This document shows positions 1-14,600 of a stretch of DNA of 64,000 bases, piece by piece. The position numbers and the translations under genes were made by a program. The notes below the pieces were generated by a model. That model saw only the letters and a program-made list of their open reading frames with translations, searched no databases and was not told the DNA's origin. This DNA is from Eledone cirrhosa (Eukaryota), in the NCBI GenBank assembly GCA_964016885.1, contig OZ024741.1, positions 155,806,001 to 155,870,000 on the forward strand. The letters are read 5' to 3'. How positions within the stretch are numbered: the first letter of the stretch is position 1; each line of letters starts with the position of its first letter.

Positions 1-667
1 TGGAGTGAGGAGGGTGTGTGTGTGTGTATTAGTAGAGGTGTTAGTGGGATGAGTGAGTGTGGAGCGAGGGTGTGGGTGGAGCGGGGAGAGAAGGGTGTGT
101 GTGGTTCTATGGAGGGAGTGTGGTGTACTGGTGTGTGTGTAGTTTGATGAAGGGGTGTTAGTGGGTGTTAGTATACGGGAGGTGGGGAGGGGTTGAATGC
201 ATGTGTGAGTGGGGGTTAGTGGTGGTAGGGTGTTTAGAGTTGGTGGTGTATGAGGGTGTGTGGGTACGTGTGCGTGGGGTTGGGGGGTGTTAGTGATGTT
301 AGTTGCGTGTGGGGTGGGTGGTGTAAGTGGGTGCGTGTGTTCGTGTGCTTGGGGTTAGGGTGTGTTAGTGAGGTTAGTTGCGGGGTGGTGGGATGGAGGT
401 GTGGGGGTCAGGGTTAGTGGTGGTAGTAGGGTGTGTGTTTAGTGTGAGCGCGTGTATATATGTGCCGGTGGGTGTGTGCGTGTGATAAGGAGGGGGGAGG
501 AGGAGAAGAAGGGAGGGATGTTAGTATGTTAGTTGGGGAAGGGTGGTCAGATGAGGGGTGGAGTGGAGGTGTTAGTATTGTTAGTTGTGGGGTGGGCGGT
601 GAAAAGGGGGGGGGGTGTTAATGGTGTTAGTGGGGGATAAATGTGGGGGGAGGGGGGCGGTCGAAGG
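1..667 (-). repeat. GT-rich low-complexity 3' region of the adjacent PLE
   Basis: G/T-rich degenerate repeats (GTTAG, GTGT) directly downstream of the PLE stop on the minus strand. Confidence 0.55.
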
Positions 668-3082
668 CTAAAGGAATAAGGGTGGGGAGTTCAGGCCGGG
701 GGAAGTGTGGGTCTGTAAGATGAAGATAGTTCGTTGTTCGACCCTAAGGCGATTGGCGGGTGTTCCGTGGCACTGGAGTAGGCCACAGACTGTCAGATGG
801 CGTGCGGAATGTCCAGGGCCACCAAAGTGGCGGGCGATGGGGGAACTACCCCCGAGACGAATATCCCGGAGGTGCTCAGTGAAACGGTCCACCAGGCGAC
901 GTCCCGTCTGTCCGACATAAGTCCGTAGACTAGGTTGGAGGAGGTGCAGCGGAAGGCATGCCGGACAGAGAGAGAGTGGCCGTTGGGACCCTGGAAGGTG
1001 GTGGTGTTGGTGATGTGGGGACAGGTGTTGCAGCGGGGCCTAGAACAGGGAAAGGAACCGGGGGGGGGGAACAGAGCGTGGGTTGGGGGGTAGGGAGCTG
1101 TGGACGAGGAGGGTGCGGAGATTGCGTGCGCGTTTGAAGGAGGGGAGTGGTGGGGTTGGGAAGATGTGGGAGGTGGAGGGGTCGGACTGGAGGCGTCGGA
1201 AGAGGCGGCGGATGGTGCGGTGGAGGGGTAAGGTGGAGGGGTGGTAGGTGATGAGGAAGGGGAGATGGTGGGTGGGTGTGCGGTGGCGTGGGGTGAGGGT
1301 GGGGGTGCGGGGGACAGCACGGGCGCGGGTGAGAGCGGTGTGGACGAGAGAGGGGGGGTAACCTCTGCGGATGAAATGGCTGACTAGGGAAAGGGCCTGG
1401 GACTCAAAGTCAGCATCTCGGCTACAGAGGCGGCGGATCCTGAGAAGTTGGGAGTAGGGAATGGAGTGTTTAGTGTGGGTGGGGTGGGAAGAGGTGAAGC
1501 CGAGGTAAGAGTGGGAGTCGGTGGGTTTGAAGAAGGCAGAGGTGACGAGGGAGTGGTGGGAGGGGTCGAAGGCGACGAAGATGTCTAAGAAGTGGACGTG
1601 GGTGGTGGAGATAGAGGTGGTGAAGTAGAGGGAGGGGTGGAAGGAGCAGAAGAAGGAGAGAAAGGAGTCGAGCTGTTCTCGGGTGAGGGTCGTGGCTCCG
1701 ATACAGTCGTCAATGTAACGACCGTACAGTTCGGGCGTGGGGCCGGTGTACTGGGCAAAGATTTGGGCCTCAACATGGCCAACAAAAAGGTTGGCATAGT
1801 TCGGGCCCATTCTAGTTCCCATGGCTACCCACGTGACCTGTTGGTAAAACTCACCCGAGAAGGAGAAACAATTCAGGGTGAGGACCAGCTCGGCGAGGCG
1901 AAGGAGGGTGGGGGTGGAGGGAATGGGGGAGGGGCGAAGGTCGAGGTAGTGTTTGAGGGCGCGTAGGCCGTCGGCGTGGGGGATGACGGTACAGAGGGAT
2001 TTGATGTCTAGGGTGAAGAGGAAGGGCTGTGGGCCGGGTGGGTAGGTGAAGGAGTCGAAAAGGCGCAGGGCGTGGTTGGTGTCGGAGATGTGGGAGGGGA
2101 GGGTGGTGACAAGGGGGGGCGAGGATGGAGTCGAGAAAGGCGGAGATGAGTTTGGTGGGGCAGTTGCAAGCGGAGACGATGGGGCGGCCGGGGTTGTCGG
2201 GTTTGTGGAGTTTGGGGAGGAAGTAGATGGTGAGGGTGCGGGGGGTGCGGACGATGAGGTGGGAAGCGGTGGGGGGGGGAGGCGATAAGGTCTTTGATGG
2301 TGGAGGAGACTTGTTGTTGGTAGAGGGGGGTGGGATCGCAGGGTAGAGGGCGGTAAAAGAGGGGTTACAGAGCTGTCTGAGGGCTTCGGCCGTGTAGAGG
2401 TCCGCGCGCCACACCACTACGGCGCCTCCCTTGTCCGCCGGTTTGGGGGGGGGGGGGTTTGATGACGATGTCATCTCGGCTACGGAGGGAGCGGAGAGCG
2501 AGGAGTTCGCCCCGTGAGATATTGTACCGTTTGGAACGGTGGCGGAAGTCGAAACGATTTACTGCGCTACGGCTGGCATCGGCGAAGGCGTCCAGGGTGC
2601 TAAATTGCCCTGGGGCCGGCGTCCAAGAAGATGGTTGTCGGCCCAGGGCGAGAAACGGGTCTGGGGCGTCCGGAGGCGGTGGCGTTCGGCCGAAATGTGC
2701 CTGTAGCTTAGTGCGTCGCACGAATCGCTCGACTTCCGTTCGGAGTGCGGAACTCGTCGCTGTGCGGAGTGTGGGGTATGAAGCGAAGGCCTCTACTAAG
2801 GAGTGAGCGCTCAGGTGCGGAGAGGGGGAGGTCAGGGGGTATGGTGACAACAAGGGGTGGGGTTTGGGTGTTGGGGGGAGGGAGGGTGTGGTGAGGGGTG
2901 AAGTGGAGGGTGGAGATTGGGTAGGGGTGTGGGGTCGAGGGAGAGGTGGAGAGTGGTGGGCGTATGGGGATGGACGGGTGATGGTGGATGGGGGGGAGGG
3001 GGGAGGAGTGTAGCTTGCAGGCTTTGGTGGAGCTGAGGAACGAGAAGAGGTTGTGGGGAAACACCATTGAGCTGTAATCCAC
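668..3082 (-). mobile_element. Penelope-like retroelement (Neptune-like), RT + GIY-YIG, frameshifted
   Basis: Overlapping minus-strand ORFs give PLE RT motifs (KPADKGGAVVVW, YFLPKLHKPDNPGRPIVS, MGTRMGPNYANLF, YGRYIDD, FLDI, KPTDSHSYL), a Cys linker (PCSRPRCNTCPHI) and a GIY-YIG end (NLVY / YVGQTG..RFTEH; EQRTIFILQT..PGLN). Several frameshifts; strongly GC-rich. Confidence 0.9.
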
Positions 3083-3932
3083 AGTTCTCTTAATTCTGAT
3101 TGCAGATTTTATTTGGTTCGACCGTTATTCCTCTTGGTGTCATGTAGAAATAAAAATGTACTTACTCTTGATATTATATCGTCATTGAGACCTTCAGCGT
3201 CATTCACCCAAACACCGATTGTAGGTTTCCTCGGCCAAATCAGGAAGATGAAGGAGCTCGGTGACTAGGTGGAATTGCTAGTGCAGGACTACCGCTGATT
3301 GTTCTTTATGGCAAACATTTCGCCAACGTGTTCGCTGCAGGCAGATGCGATATACTGTCCAGCCGATGATGTAGATTTTTGCTCCCTGCCGTATTTTTTC
3401 CCTTTCTAATTATTATATTTTTCTTTTAGTTGCTCTTATACCATAACTGTCCCACATTATACATGCAAGGGATATAACAACAAATCCTCTACAATATCTG
3501 TGATGTACATTAGCCTCAGGATCCAATTATTCATCTGATAATGGAATATTCCAATTTTAATTTAAACACATCACCTAACAAGGAATGTAATGTTATTTCA
3601 AGTTTATAACAGTAACAGTAGGTGGCGAATTTGGTAGAGTCACCAGAACATCGGATAACATGCTTCCTGGTATTTGTTACGGTTGTCTCTGTTCTGTATT
3701 CATATAACACTGAGGTAACGTTGCTTTTCATCCTTTGAGGTCGATAAATGTACCAGTCGATTCTTCCACTTTGTATCTTTCTCACCTCCTCTCGCTCATT
3801 CTCTTTGTCCCCATTCTCCGGGGAAGAAATTAGCATTTTCAGGCTTGGAGAAGGATGGGATCAATCAGATTTAAAATGCCCAAGATGGCACCTCTACAGC
3901 CACACCAGGAGTTACGTGTCTACACATAGAAA

Positions 3933-4132
3933 NNNNNNNNNNNNNNNNNNNNNNNNNNNNNNNNNNNNNNNNNNNNNNNNNNNNNNNNNNNNNNNNNNNN
4001 NNNNNNNNNNNNNNNNNNNNNNNNNNNNNNNNNNNNNNNNNNNNNNNNNNNNNNNNNNNNNNNNNNNNNNNNNNNNNNNNNNNNNNNNNNNNNNNNNNNN
4101 NNNNNNNNNNNNNNNNNNNNNNNNNNNNNNNN
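3933..4132. other. assembly gap (200 N)
   Basis: run of N. Confidence 1.
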
Positions 4133-4212
4133 CGCTGGCGTAAACCTCTTCAAATGAAGTCGGTGTTATAACGGTATGTCGAATCTATTTATCTATAAAA
4201 CTGTTTATATTG

Positions 4213-4278
4213 TATTTTGTCTGATGAAGGCATAGCATATTGTTAATATGATATCCCCGAAATATATATAATGAAATA
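4213..4278 (+). ncRNA. type I hammerhead ribozyme motif (PLE pLTR-type)
   Basis: TATTTTGT-CTGATGA-stem II (GG..CATAT/ATATG..CC)-GAAAT ATAT ATA-ATGAAATA. Identical copies at 35464-35529(-) and 36745-36810(+). Confidence 0.7.
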
Positions 4279-4413
4279 AATATGGTTTTATAAATATAGT
4301 TTTCCATTTATTTAATATTGTAAATATACTCCAAATATTTGTCGAGTGCTTTTATATCAGTTATAAATATTTACTAGTTGTAACCCAACAATTTTAAATA
4401 TAACTTTCCATAT

Positions 4414-4460
<47 letters not shown>

Positions 4461-4902
4461 GAAGGCGTGTGGCTGAGTGGTTAGAGAATTGGATTCGCAA
4501 TCGTAAGGTTGTGAGTTCGATTCCTGGACCAGGCGATGCGTTATGTCCTTGGGCAAGACACTTTATTTCACGTTGCTCCTTCTACCTGGAGTTGCGACCG
4601 ATAGATAGTATTAGCAATTGGAAAGACCAACGGAAACATTGTTCCCTCGGTCCGATTTGACGAAAGTCGATCGTCTTCCTCTAAGTGAAGGCGTGTGGCT
4701 GAGTGGTTAGAGAATTGGATTCGCAATCGTAAGGTTGTGAGTTCGATTCCTGGACCAGGCGATGCGTTCTGTCCTTGAGCAAGACACTTTATTTCACGTT
4801 GATCCTTCTACCTGGAGTTGCGACCGATAGATAGTATTAGCAATTGGAAAGACCAACGGAAACATTGTTCCCTCAGTCCGATTTGACGAAAGTCGATCGT
4901 CC
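4461..4902 (+). mobile_element. tandem dimer of a tRNA-derived SINE (226-bp unit)
   Basis: Two near-identical units start at 4461 and 4687, each with A box TGGCTGAGTGG, B box GTTCGATTCC and the body motif CCTTGRGCAAGACACTT. Confidence 0.85.
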
Positions 4903-4903
4903 C

Positions 4904-6197
<1,294 letters not shown>

Positions 6198-6331
6198 GTA
6201 GATACATCTACCAAGAGTTTACGGTAGTGTCCAATCCGTATGAAGAACTCAATGTATTCCGGATATCATGGAAAGAAGAGATGTAATGAAAAATCACTTT
6301 CGGTGAAAGATAAACGGAATACAGAGTCAAG

Positions 6332-6759
6332 ATAAAATATTAAACAAATAATGAATAAAACAATGAAACAGTTCCTTATATTAAACAAAAAAAGTTCATT
6401 ATTTAACGATCGTTTCTAGGATATATATGTGTTAGAATTGGCATGCATATTCAACAGATCTATGTACAAAATTATACAAAATTATACAAACTATCAAGAT
6501 TAAATATACATACCAAACACACATATATGCCGTCTTCAGAAATAATTATTTCTGAAGACGGCATATATGTGTGTTTGGTATGTATATTTAATCTTGATAG
6601 TTTGTATAATTTTGTATAATTTTGTACATAGATCTGTTGAATATGCATGCCAATTCTAACACATATATATCCTAGAAACGATCGTTAAATAATGAACTTT
6701 TTTTGTTTAATATAAGGAACTGTTTCATTGTTTTATTCATTATTTGTTTAATATTTTAT
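6332..6759. repeat. 428-bp zero-spacer palindrome
   Basis: Arms 6332-6545 and 6546-6759 read as exact reverse complements; centre AATAA|TTATT. Confidence 0.9.
6545..6693 (+). ncRNA. type I hammerhead ribozyme with enlarged stem II (mirror copy at 6398-6546 on -)
   Basis: ATTATTT-CTGAAGA-[~116 nt, ATATATGTGT/ACACATATAT]-GAAAC GATC GTT-AAATAAT; 7-bp stem I, palindromic stem III. Confidence 0.7.
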
Positions 6760-6814
6760 ATATTATATATATATATTATATATATATTATATATATATAT
6801 ATATTATATATATA

Positions 6815-6904
<90 letters not shown>

Positions 6905-6922
6905 ATATATAAATATATATAT

Positions 6923-6953
<31 letters not shown>

Positions 6954-7014
6954 ATATATATATATATATTATATATATTATATATTATATATATATATAT
7001 ATTATATATATATA

Positions 7015-7102
<88 letters not shown>

Positions 7103-7124
7103 ATATATACATACATATATATAC

Positions 7125-7155
<31 letters not shown>

Positions 7156-7198
7156 CAAATATATGTATATATATATATACATAAATATATATATATAC

Positions 7199-7239
<41 letters not shown>

Positions 7240-7269
7240 AGTATATATATATATATAAGTATATATATA

Positions 7270-9957
7270 ATGTATAAGAAACAATACCATATAATTACCT
7301 CATTACAGAGGTTTCCCGAATAAGACGAATACAAGAAACGTCCGCATTCGTTCGTCAGACAAGGAAATTTAAAACATAGTTAAATATTTGAAAAATCTCC
7401 TCAAGAAAGGCAAAATTTTTAACGGGGAAAAAATATATAAATAAAAGTAATACAAGGGATATATAAAAATAAAATAAGGAAATATAGTAAGGGTATGTGT
7501 TTAAATGTGTGTATATGCAGCTACAAATTTACATATGTGTGTATGTACAAATGCATGTGTATAGAGAAAAAATGTGTGCGTAAGTACATGCAGGAGGGCA
7601 ACCATATCAGTGTATGTGTGACCACAAATACTTATATAATATATGTTGAAAAAAATATTGTAAGATAATAGAGTTAGAGTACATACAGGCTCAGGGACTA
7701 AGAATTGAAATATATACACATACAAAGATGAAAGGATGCACGCGTTTAAACATACACACACGCGCAAACACATACATGTATGCGATATATACAGGGAAGG
7801 GAGTTTAACAGTCAAAGCAGTGTCAGACTGAAGGTCGATACTGATATAAAAGTATAAAATATGAAAAATGAATGAAATAATATATAAGATAAGAATAAAA
7901 ATTAAGTGAAAGAGAATGTAAGAGGGAGGGGTTATAAATTATAGACGCTATTTTTAATAAGGCATCCCCCTACTATAATAAAGCCCTAAGACCGTTTAAG
8001 TACATACCCAACAATACTAACTCCTTTAAAAATAATAATAGGAAAAGAAAAATAATCTCGTTCACACCCCCCTACTCTTTAGCAGTTAAAACTAATGTTA
8101 GCAAAAAGTTCCTAGAGCTCTTAGATAAACATTTCCCTAGAACACATAGATACAATAAGATCTTCAATAGAAACTGTGTCAAAATCAGTTACGCCTGCGA
8201 TCCCCCTATTAATTCTTATACCCTCAATAAGAAAACACCCAAAGAATATCAAAATTGCTCCTGTAGAGTCAAAAGTGAATGCCCATTACAAGGAAAATTC
8301 CACACTAAAGCCATTGTATATGAGGCTAAAGTGACAACCACCAGCAGCAACCTACCAGCCACCAGCGAACGATATGTGGGTATGACACAAGACAAATTCA
8401 AAACGCGTTATTACTCACATGTCGTATCTTTCTGACATCCTGAAAAAAGATTTACAACAGCTCTGGATAGCAGAATATGGGATTTGAAAGACCAAGGTAT
8501 CCAATATAAATTAGATTGGTCAATTTTGAACCAATCTAAAGAATATGCAAGAGGAACAAGAAGATGCGCACTCTGCATAGAGTGAAAAATATTGGATTTT
8601 ACAGAACATTAAATCACCAAAACCCTGCCTAAATGCAAAAACAGAAATTTTCACCAGTTGCCCACACCTGAGATCACACTTGCTTTCGAGCTCATATAAA
8701 CTTAACTCACTTTCAGATACTTATTCTCCATAAACTCTTGTTCTTCAATTTCCTTAACTTACCTTCTTTACAGACTTCTCTTTCTGATTTACTTTTATTT
8801 TTATTTTTAATTTTATTTTTACTTCACATGCACTAGTGACCCCCCCCCCTGCTTTTTGATTCACTTACTTTATATCTTCACAATTTTACATATTTTACTT
8901 CCCCCTTTTCTTTCACTACCTGATATTACTGTCACTTGTGTTTTCAACTCCAGATATATTCTGTTGTCCCTCAGCCGCATTTATGTATGTTTACTTGCGT
9001 ATACTTTGTATCCATTTATTCATATGGCTGGTTTTTATATATGCATGTATGCGTGTATGTGTGCATATATGTGTAAGCGTGTTTGTATATGTATACGAAT
9101 GCATTCGTATGTGCGCGTGTATGTGTATGTGTGTATGTGTGCTTTTACGTCTATGTCTTTTACATATATATATATATATATAGTCGCGTGCGTGCGTGTG
9201 ATTAGATGTACATGTATGTATATATATGTGTATCGTGTGTATGTATGCGTGTTTTTCTATGTATGTACGCATTTATGTGTTTTTGTCTGTACGTATATAT
9301 ATGTGTGTGCGAATGAACTTCTGCAATTTTTTTCTACTTTTTATTTATTTTTTCTAGTGTTACTCTATAATTGATAACCCCTCCCTCTTACTTTCTCTTT
9401 GATTAATTTTTATTATTATCTTCATATTTTATACTTTTATATCTGTATCGACCTTTAGTCTGACACTGTTTTGACTGATACACTCCCTTCCCTGTATATA
9501 TCACATACATGTATTTGGTTGCGCGTGTGTGTATGTTTATACGCGTGCGTCCTTTCATCCTTGTATGTGTATATATTTCAATTCTTAGTCCCTGAGTCTG
9601 TATGTACACTAACACTATTATCATACAATTCCTTTTTCAACATATATTATATAAGTATTTGTGGTCACACATACACTGATATGCTTGCCCTCATGTATGT
9701 ACTTACGCACACATTTTTTCACTATACACATGCATTTGTACATACACACATATGTAAATTTGTAGCTGCATATACACACATTTATACACATACCCTTACT
9801 ATATTACCTTATTTTATTTTTATATATCACTTTTATTTATATATTTTTTCCCCGTTAAACTTTTATTTATATATTTTTATTTATATATTTTTTCCCCGTT
9901 AAACTTTTGCCTTTCTTGAGGAGATTTTTCAAATATTCCACTATGTTTTAAATTGCC

Positions 9958-9960
<3 letters not shown>
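7270..9960 (+). mobile_element. 5'-truncated Naiad-like PLE with inverted pseudo-LTR
   Basis: About 8040-8700 translates KRKIISFTPPYSLAVKTNVSKKFLELLDKHFP..NCSCRVKSECPL..AIVYEAKV..YVGMTQDKFKTRYYSH..IWDLK..RCALC, with a stop and a frameshift. About 7365-7945 is an inverted copy of about 9365-9960. Confidence 0.85.
7298..7364 (-). ncRNA. type I hammerhead ribozyme in the inverted pLTR
   Basis: CCTTGT-CTGACGA-ACGAAT..ATTCGG-GAAAC CTCT GTA-ATGAGG. The 3' half recurs at 23823-23856. Confidence 0.75.
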
Positions 9961-10818
<858 letters not shown>

Positions 10819-10863
10819 GAAAAAGAACACAAGAGCGTCTACAACATCAAAAGATTTTTATTG

Positions 10864-10910
10864 GCTAACAATGTTTCTTCCTTACGTGTAACCGTAGGAT
10901 TCATCAGAGC
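10864..10910 (-). ncRNA. type I hammerhead ribozyme motif in a ~130-bp island within (TA)n
   Basis: GCT-CTGATGA-ATCCTACG GTTACA CGTAAGGAA-GAAAC ATT GTT-AGC. Confidence 0.65.
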
Positions 10911-10986
10911 TATAAAAGGGGTTTGATGGTGTTATGGACTCTACCAACCAAATGTATATATGTATATATATGTATATATATATATG

Positions 10987-11033
<47 letters not shown>

Positions 11034-11034
11034 G

Positions 11035-11171
<137 letters not shown>

Positions 11172-11249
11172 ATATATATATATATGTGTCAATATAAGTG
11201 TCCATAAGTGAGTTTTTCTTTTTTTTTTGCGCGCGAGGACATAGAAATA

Positions 11250-11566
11250 ATAGGGTTGGATGCCCGATCGCGCCGTTAAACCACTGGGAGTGAATAACCC
11301 CTAGCCCTTGTCAGGGCATTCTTCTAGGAGAAGGCATCTCAAGAAACTGGGTTAACTCCGACATAAAACCTGCGGCTCAGTAGTTACCGATGATGTTGAT
11401 CTTTTCTTCTTTTCGGGTTATAGCTACTGTCGCTCAGAGAATGGGATTGCCTCAGTGCACAGTCTTTCCTCACTTTAAAAATATTCGTCACGCACAGGCA
11501 TTGCACGAGTGCATTAACAATTATTAATAGTGTACTATTATTATTATTATTATTACTATTATTATT
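11250..11566 (+). mobile_element. possible short non-autonomous RTE-related element with (TTA)n tail
   Basis: CTAGGAGAAGG motif resembling RTE 5'UTRs and a (TTA)n tail; identity uncertain. Confidence 0.3.
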
Positions 11567-11602
11567 ACTTTTTTTTTTTTTTTTTTTTTTTTCCCCAATT
11601 CA

Positions 11603-14600
11603 ATGATGTTCCAGAACAATATAAAAGAGATAATTGGCAATTTAGGTTATGGAACAAAAAAGATAATTGGCAATAAGGGCAGAGGCCCCAGGTTATCACA
11701 GCCTGGGCCCGCTCGTCATCGTGCCATTGTAATGGAGCCAAACAAGGCATTTCGTCTTGGCTGCTGGAACTTACGGACGCTGCTTGACAGGGATTCCTTG
11801 GAGCGTCCTGAACGAAGGACAGCTCTTGTTGCAAAGGAGCTTCGACGTTACGATCTTGATATCGTGGCTTTATCTGAAACGAGGTTAGCTGGGGATGGTC
11901 ATCTTACGGACTTTTGTGGAGAATATACATTCTTCTGGAAAGGAAGAGATGAAGGAACCAGAAGAGAGTCTTGGGTAGGATTTGCTGTTAAGACTGTACT
12001 TGTGAATAAATTAGAAGAATTCCCAGTAGGGATTAGTGAGCGTCTTATGTCCATGAGAGTTCCGCTGGACAAGGGAAGATATGCTACCCTGGTGAGTGTG
12101 TATGCTCCAACTATGAATTCTGTCGATGAAGAAAAAGTGTCCTTTTACCACGCCTTGAAAGGTGTTTTAAGAAATATCCCTCAGGCAGACAAAGTCATCG
12201 TGCTTGGTGACTTTAATGCTAGAGTGGGTAGGGATTTTAACACATGGAATGTAATCGGAAGGCATGAGGTGGGAAAGTGTAACAACAATGGGATGCTCCT
12301 GATGCAGATGTGTGAGGAGCTGGATCTGAGTGTTACCAACACCATGTTCCAACAAAAGAACAAATTCAAGACCACATGGATGCATCCTGCATCTAAGGAA
12401 TGGCATCTTTTGGACTACGTCCTAGTCAGGATGCGTGACAGACAGGATGTGCAGTGTGTTCGTGCTCTTCGTGGAGCTGAGTGCTGGACTGACCACCGCC
12501 TGGTACACGCAAAAGTGAAACTAATCACTAAACGTAAAATCCGGGCTCCTGGTGTTGCCCTGCCCAAAAGATTGAATGCTGCTCGTCTTAAGGATACAAA
12601 TGTGAAGAGGACATTGGAAGAAGAGATGCAGGCTGCAGATCTTGGTGAGGATTGGCCGACCCTTAAAAAGTCGGTTTATGATGTAGGCAGGCGTGTTCTG
12701 GGATTGGTGCAGAGAAAACATCAGGACTGGTTTAATGAGAATGATGTACATATAGAAGAATTGTTGGCTGATAAGAGGCGTGCTCTGTCACGCTACTTGA
12801 CGGCAAAACCACAAGAGAGGAATACGTTGCATGAGGAACTCAGGGATGTAAAATCACGTGTTAGGCGGAGTCTTTCTCAGATGAAGGATCAGTGGTGGAG
12901 TGAGAAGGCTGGTGAGATACAAACTGCGTCAGATTCCAATAACACAAAGCTGTTGTACAGTCTCTTGCGTGAGGTTTATGGACCGTCTTCTTCTCTGTTG
13001 ACACCGCTTCGCAGCAAGGATAGCAAAGAACTTCTTCGTGACTCACAAGGAATTCTACGAAGGTGGCGAGAGCACTTTGATGATCTTTTGAATCAGCCGT
13101 CTGTCGTCAGTGAAGATTTCCTCAATCTCATTCCAGAAAGTCCTGTGAAAGTAGCTCTAGCAGAACCTCCGATGCTTGTGGAGGTTGCAGTGGCTATTTC
13201 GAAGCTGAACAGTGGAAGATCTCCAGGTATGGATGGCATACATGCTGAGCTCCTACAATATGGTGGTGAGAGACTCCTGCAACATCTTCACTCTTTGTTT
13301 GGCAGGTTATGGGCTAATGAATCCGTACCCGAGGACTGGAGAGATGCAGTAATGGTGGTCTTGTACAAGGGAAAGGGTAACAGGAATGATTGTGGGAACT
13401 ACAGAGGTATATCTTTCTATATATTACTTTCTGTCGTAGGGAAAGTTTTATCTAGGGTGCTTCTGGACCGTCTGCTGACACACATTGCAGATTGTGTTCT
13501 TCCTGAAAGTCAACCTGGTTTTCGTCCTGAACGCGGCACTACTGATATGATCTTCTCAGCTAGACAGCTCCAGGAGAAGTGCATGGAACAAGGCTTGGAT
13601 CTGTATCAGGTTTTTGTCGATCTGACAAAAGCTTTCGATACTGTTAACAGAGATGCATTATGGAAGGTTCTCCAGAAACTTGGTTCCCCTGATAAGTTCC
13701 TTGCTTTAGTTAGGTCTTTCCATGACGACATGAAGGCTTGGGTTAATGTCGGAGGTAACATGTCGGAGCCTATCTCAGTAAAAAATGGAGTGAAACAGGG
13801 GGATATTCCAGCACCGACCCTGTTTGCCATATACTTTGCAATGGTTTTCTGTATTGCATTCAGGAATTGCGAGAATGGTGTTTACATCCGATATCGAACC
13901 TCAGGCAGCATATTTAACATCAGGCGCTTTGCTGCGAAGACAAAAGTATTTACATCAATCATAAGAGACCTCTTGTATGCAGATGATTGCGATCTCGTAG
14001 CGCACACAGAGAGTGATATGCAGCACATTTTGAATGTATTTTCTGACGCTTGCACTGCCCTAGGATTGACTGTCAGTCTCAAGAAAACCGTCGTCATGTA
14101 CCAACCTGCCCCTGGTAAGCAGTACACTGAACCAAAGATCTATGTGTATGGCAAACGACTTGGAGTGGTTGATCAGTTTGTCTACCTGGGAAGCACTGTC
14201 AATCAATACAGCAACCTTGACAGTAAAATCTCACTTAGGATTAGGAAAGCAAGTGATGCTTTCGGAAAGCTAGAAAGGCGACTCTGGAGTCGGCGAGACA
14301 TATGCAGGAGGACAAAGGTAAAGGTGTACAGGGCATGTGTGCTCTCTTCTCTTCTTTATGCCTGCGAGACCTGGGTCACATATCGACACCACTTTAAGCA
14401 ATTGGAGCGTTTCATCAGATGTTTCTCAGACGGTTCCATGGCGTTCACTGGAGGGACCACATCAGTGATGTCGAGATTTTGGAAAGCTCTATGTGTGATA
14501 GTATAGAAGCTCTTGTGCTTAAGCAACGATTCCGTTGGAGTGGTCACCTTGCCAGGATGAAGGATTCTAGAATACCAAAACAACTCTTTTATGGAGAGTT

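Noticed and set aside
1-660. Telomeric repeat (a few TTAGGG/GTTAG)
   Set aside because: Scattered rather than tandem; better explained as PLE 3' low-complexity sequence.
3160-3400. Minus-strand exon or HHR-like CTGATTT..GAAAC
   Set aside because: No recognisable product in the frame examined; ribozyme core and stems do not fit.
4461-4535. tRNA gene
   Set aside because: A and B boxes are present but there is no convincing acceptor stem, and it continues into a SINE body.
8425-8590. TGA codons in the Naiad-like ORF as possible selenocysteine (some Naiads encode selenoproteins)
   Set aside because: TGA at about 8433 is at an Arg-type position (SF*H vs SFRR in the other copy) and the one at about 8583 arises at a frameshift. 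The conserved Cys codons are TGC/TGT.
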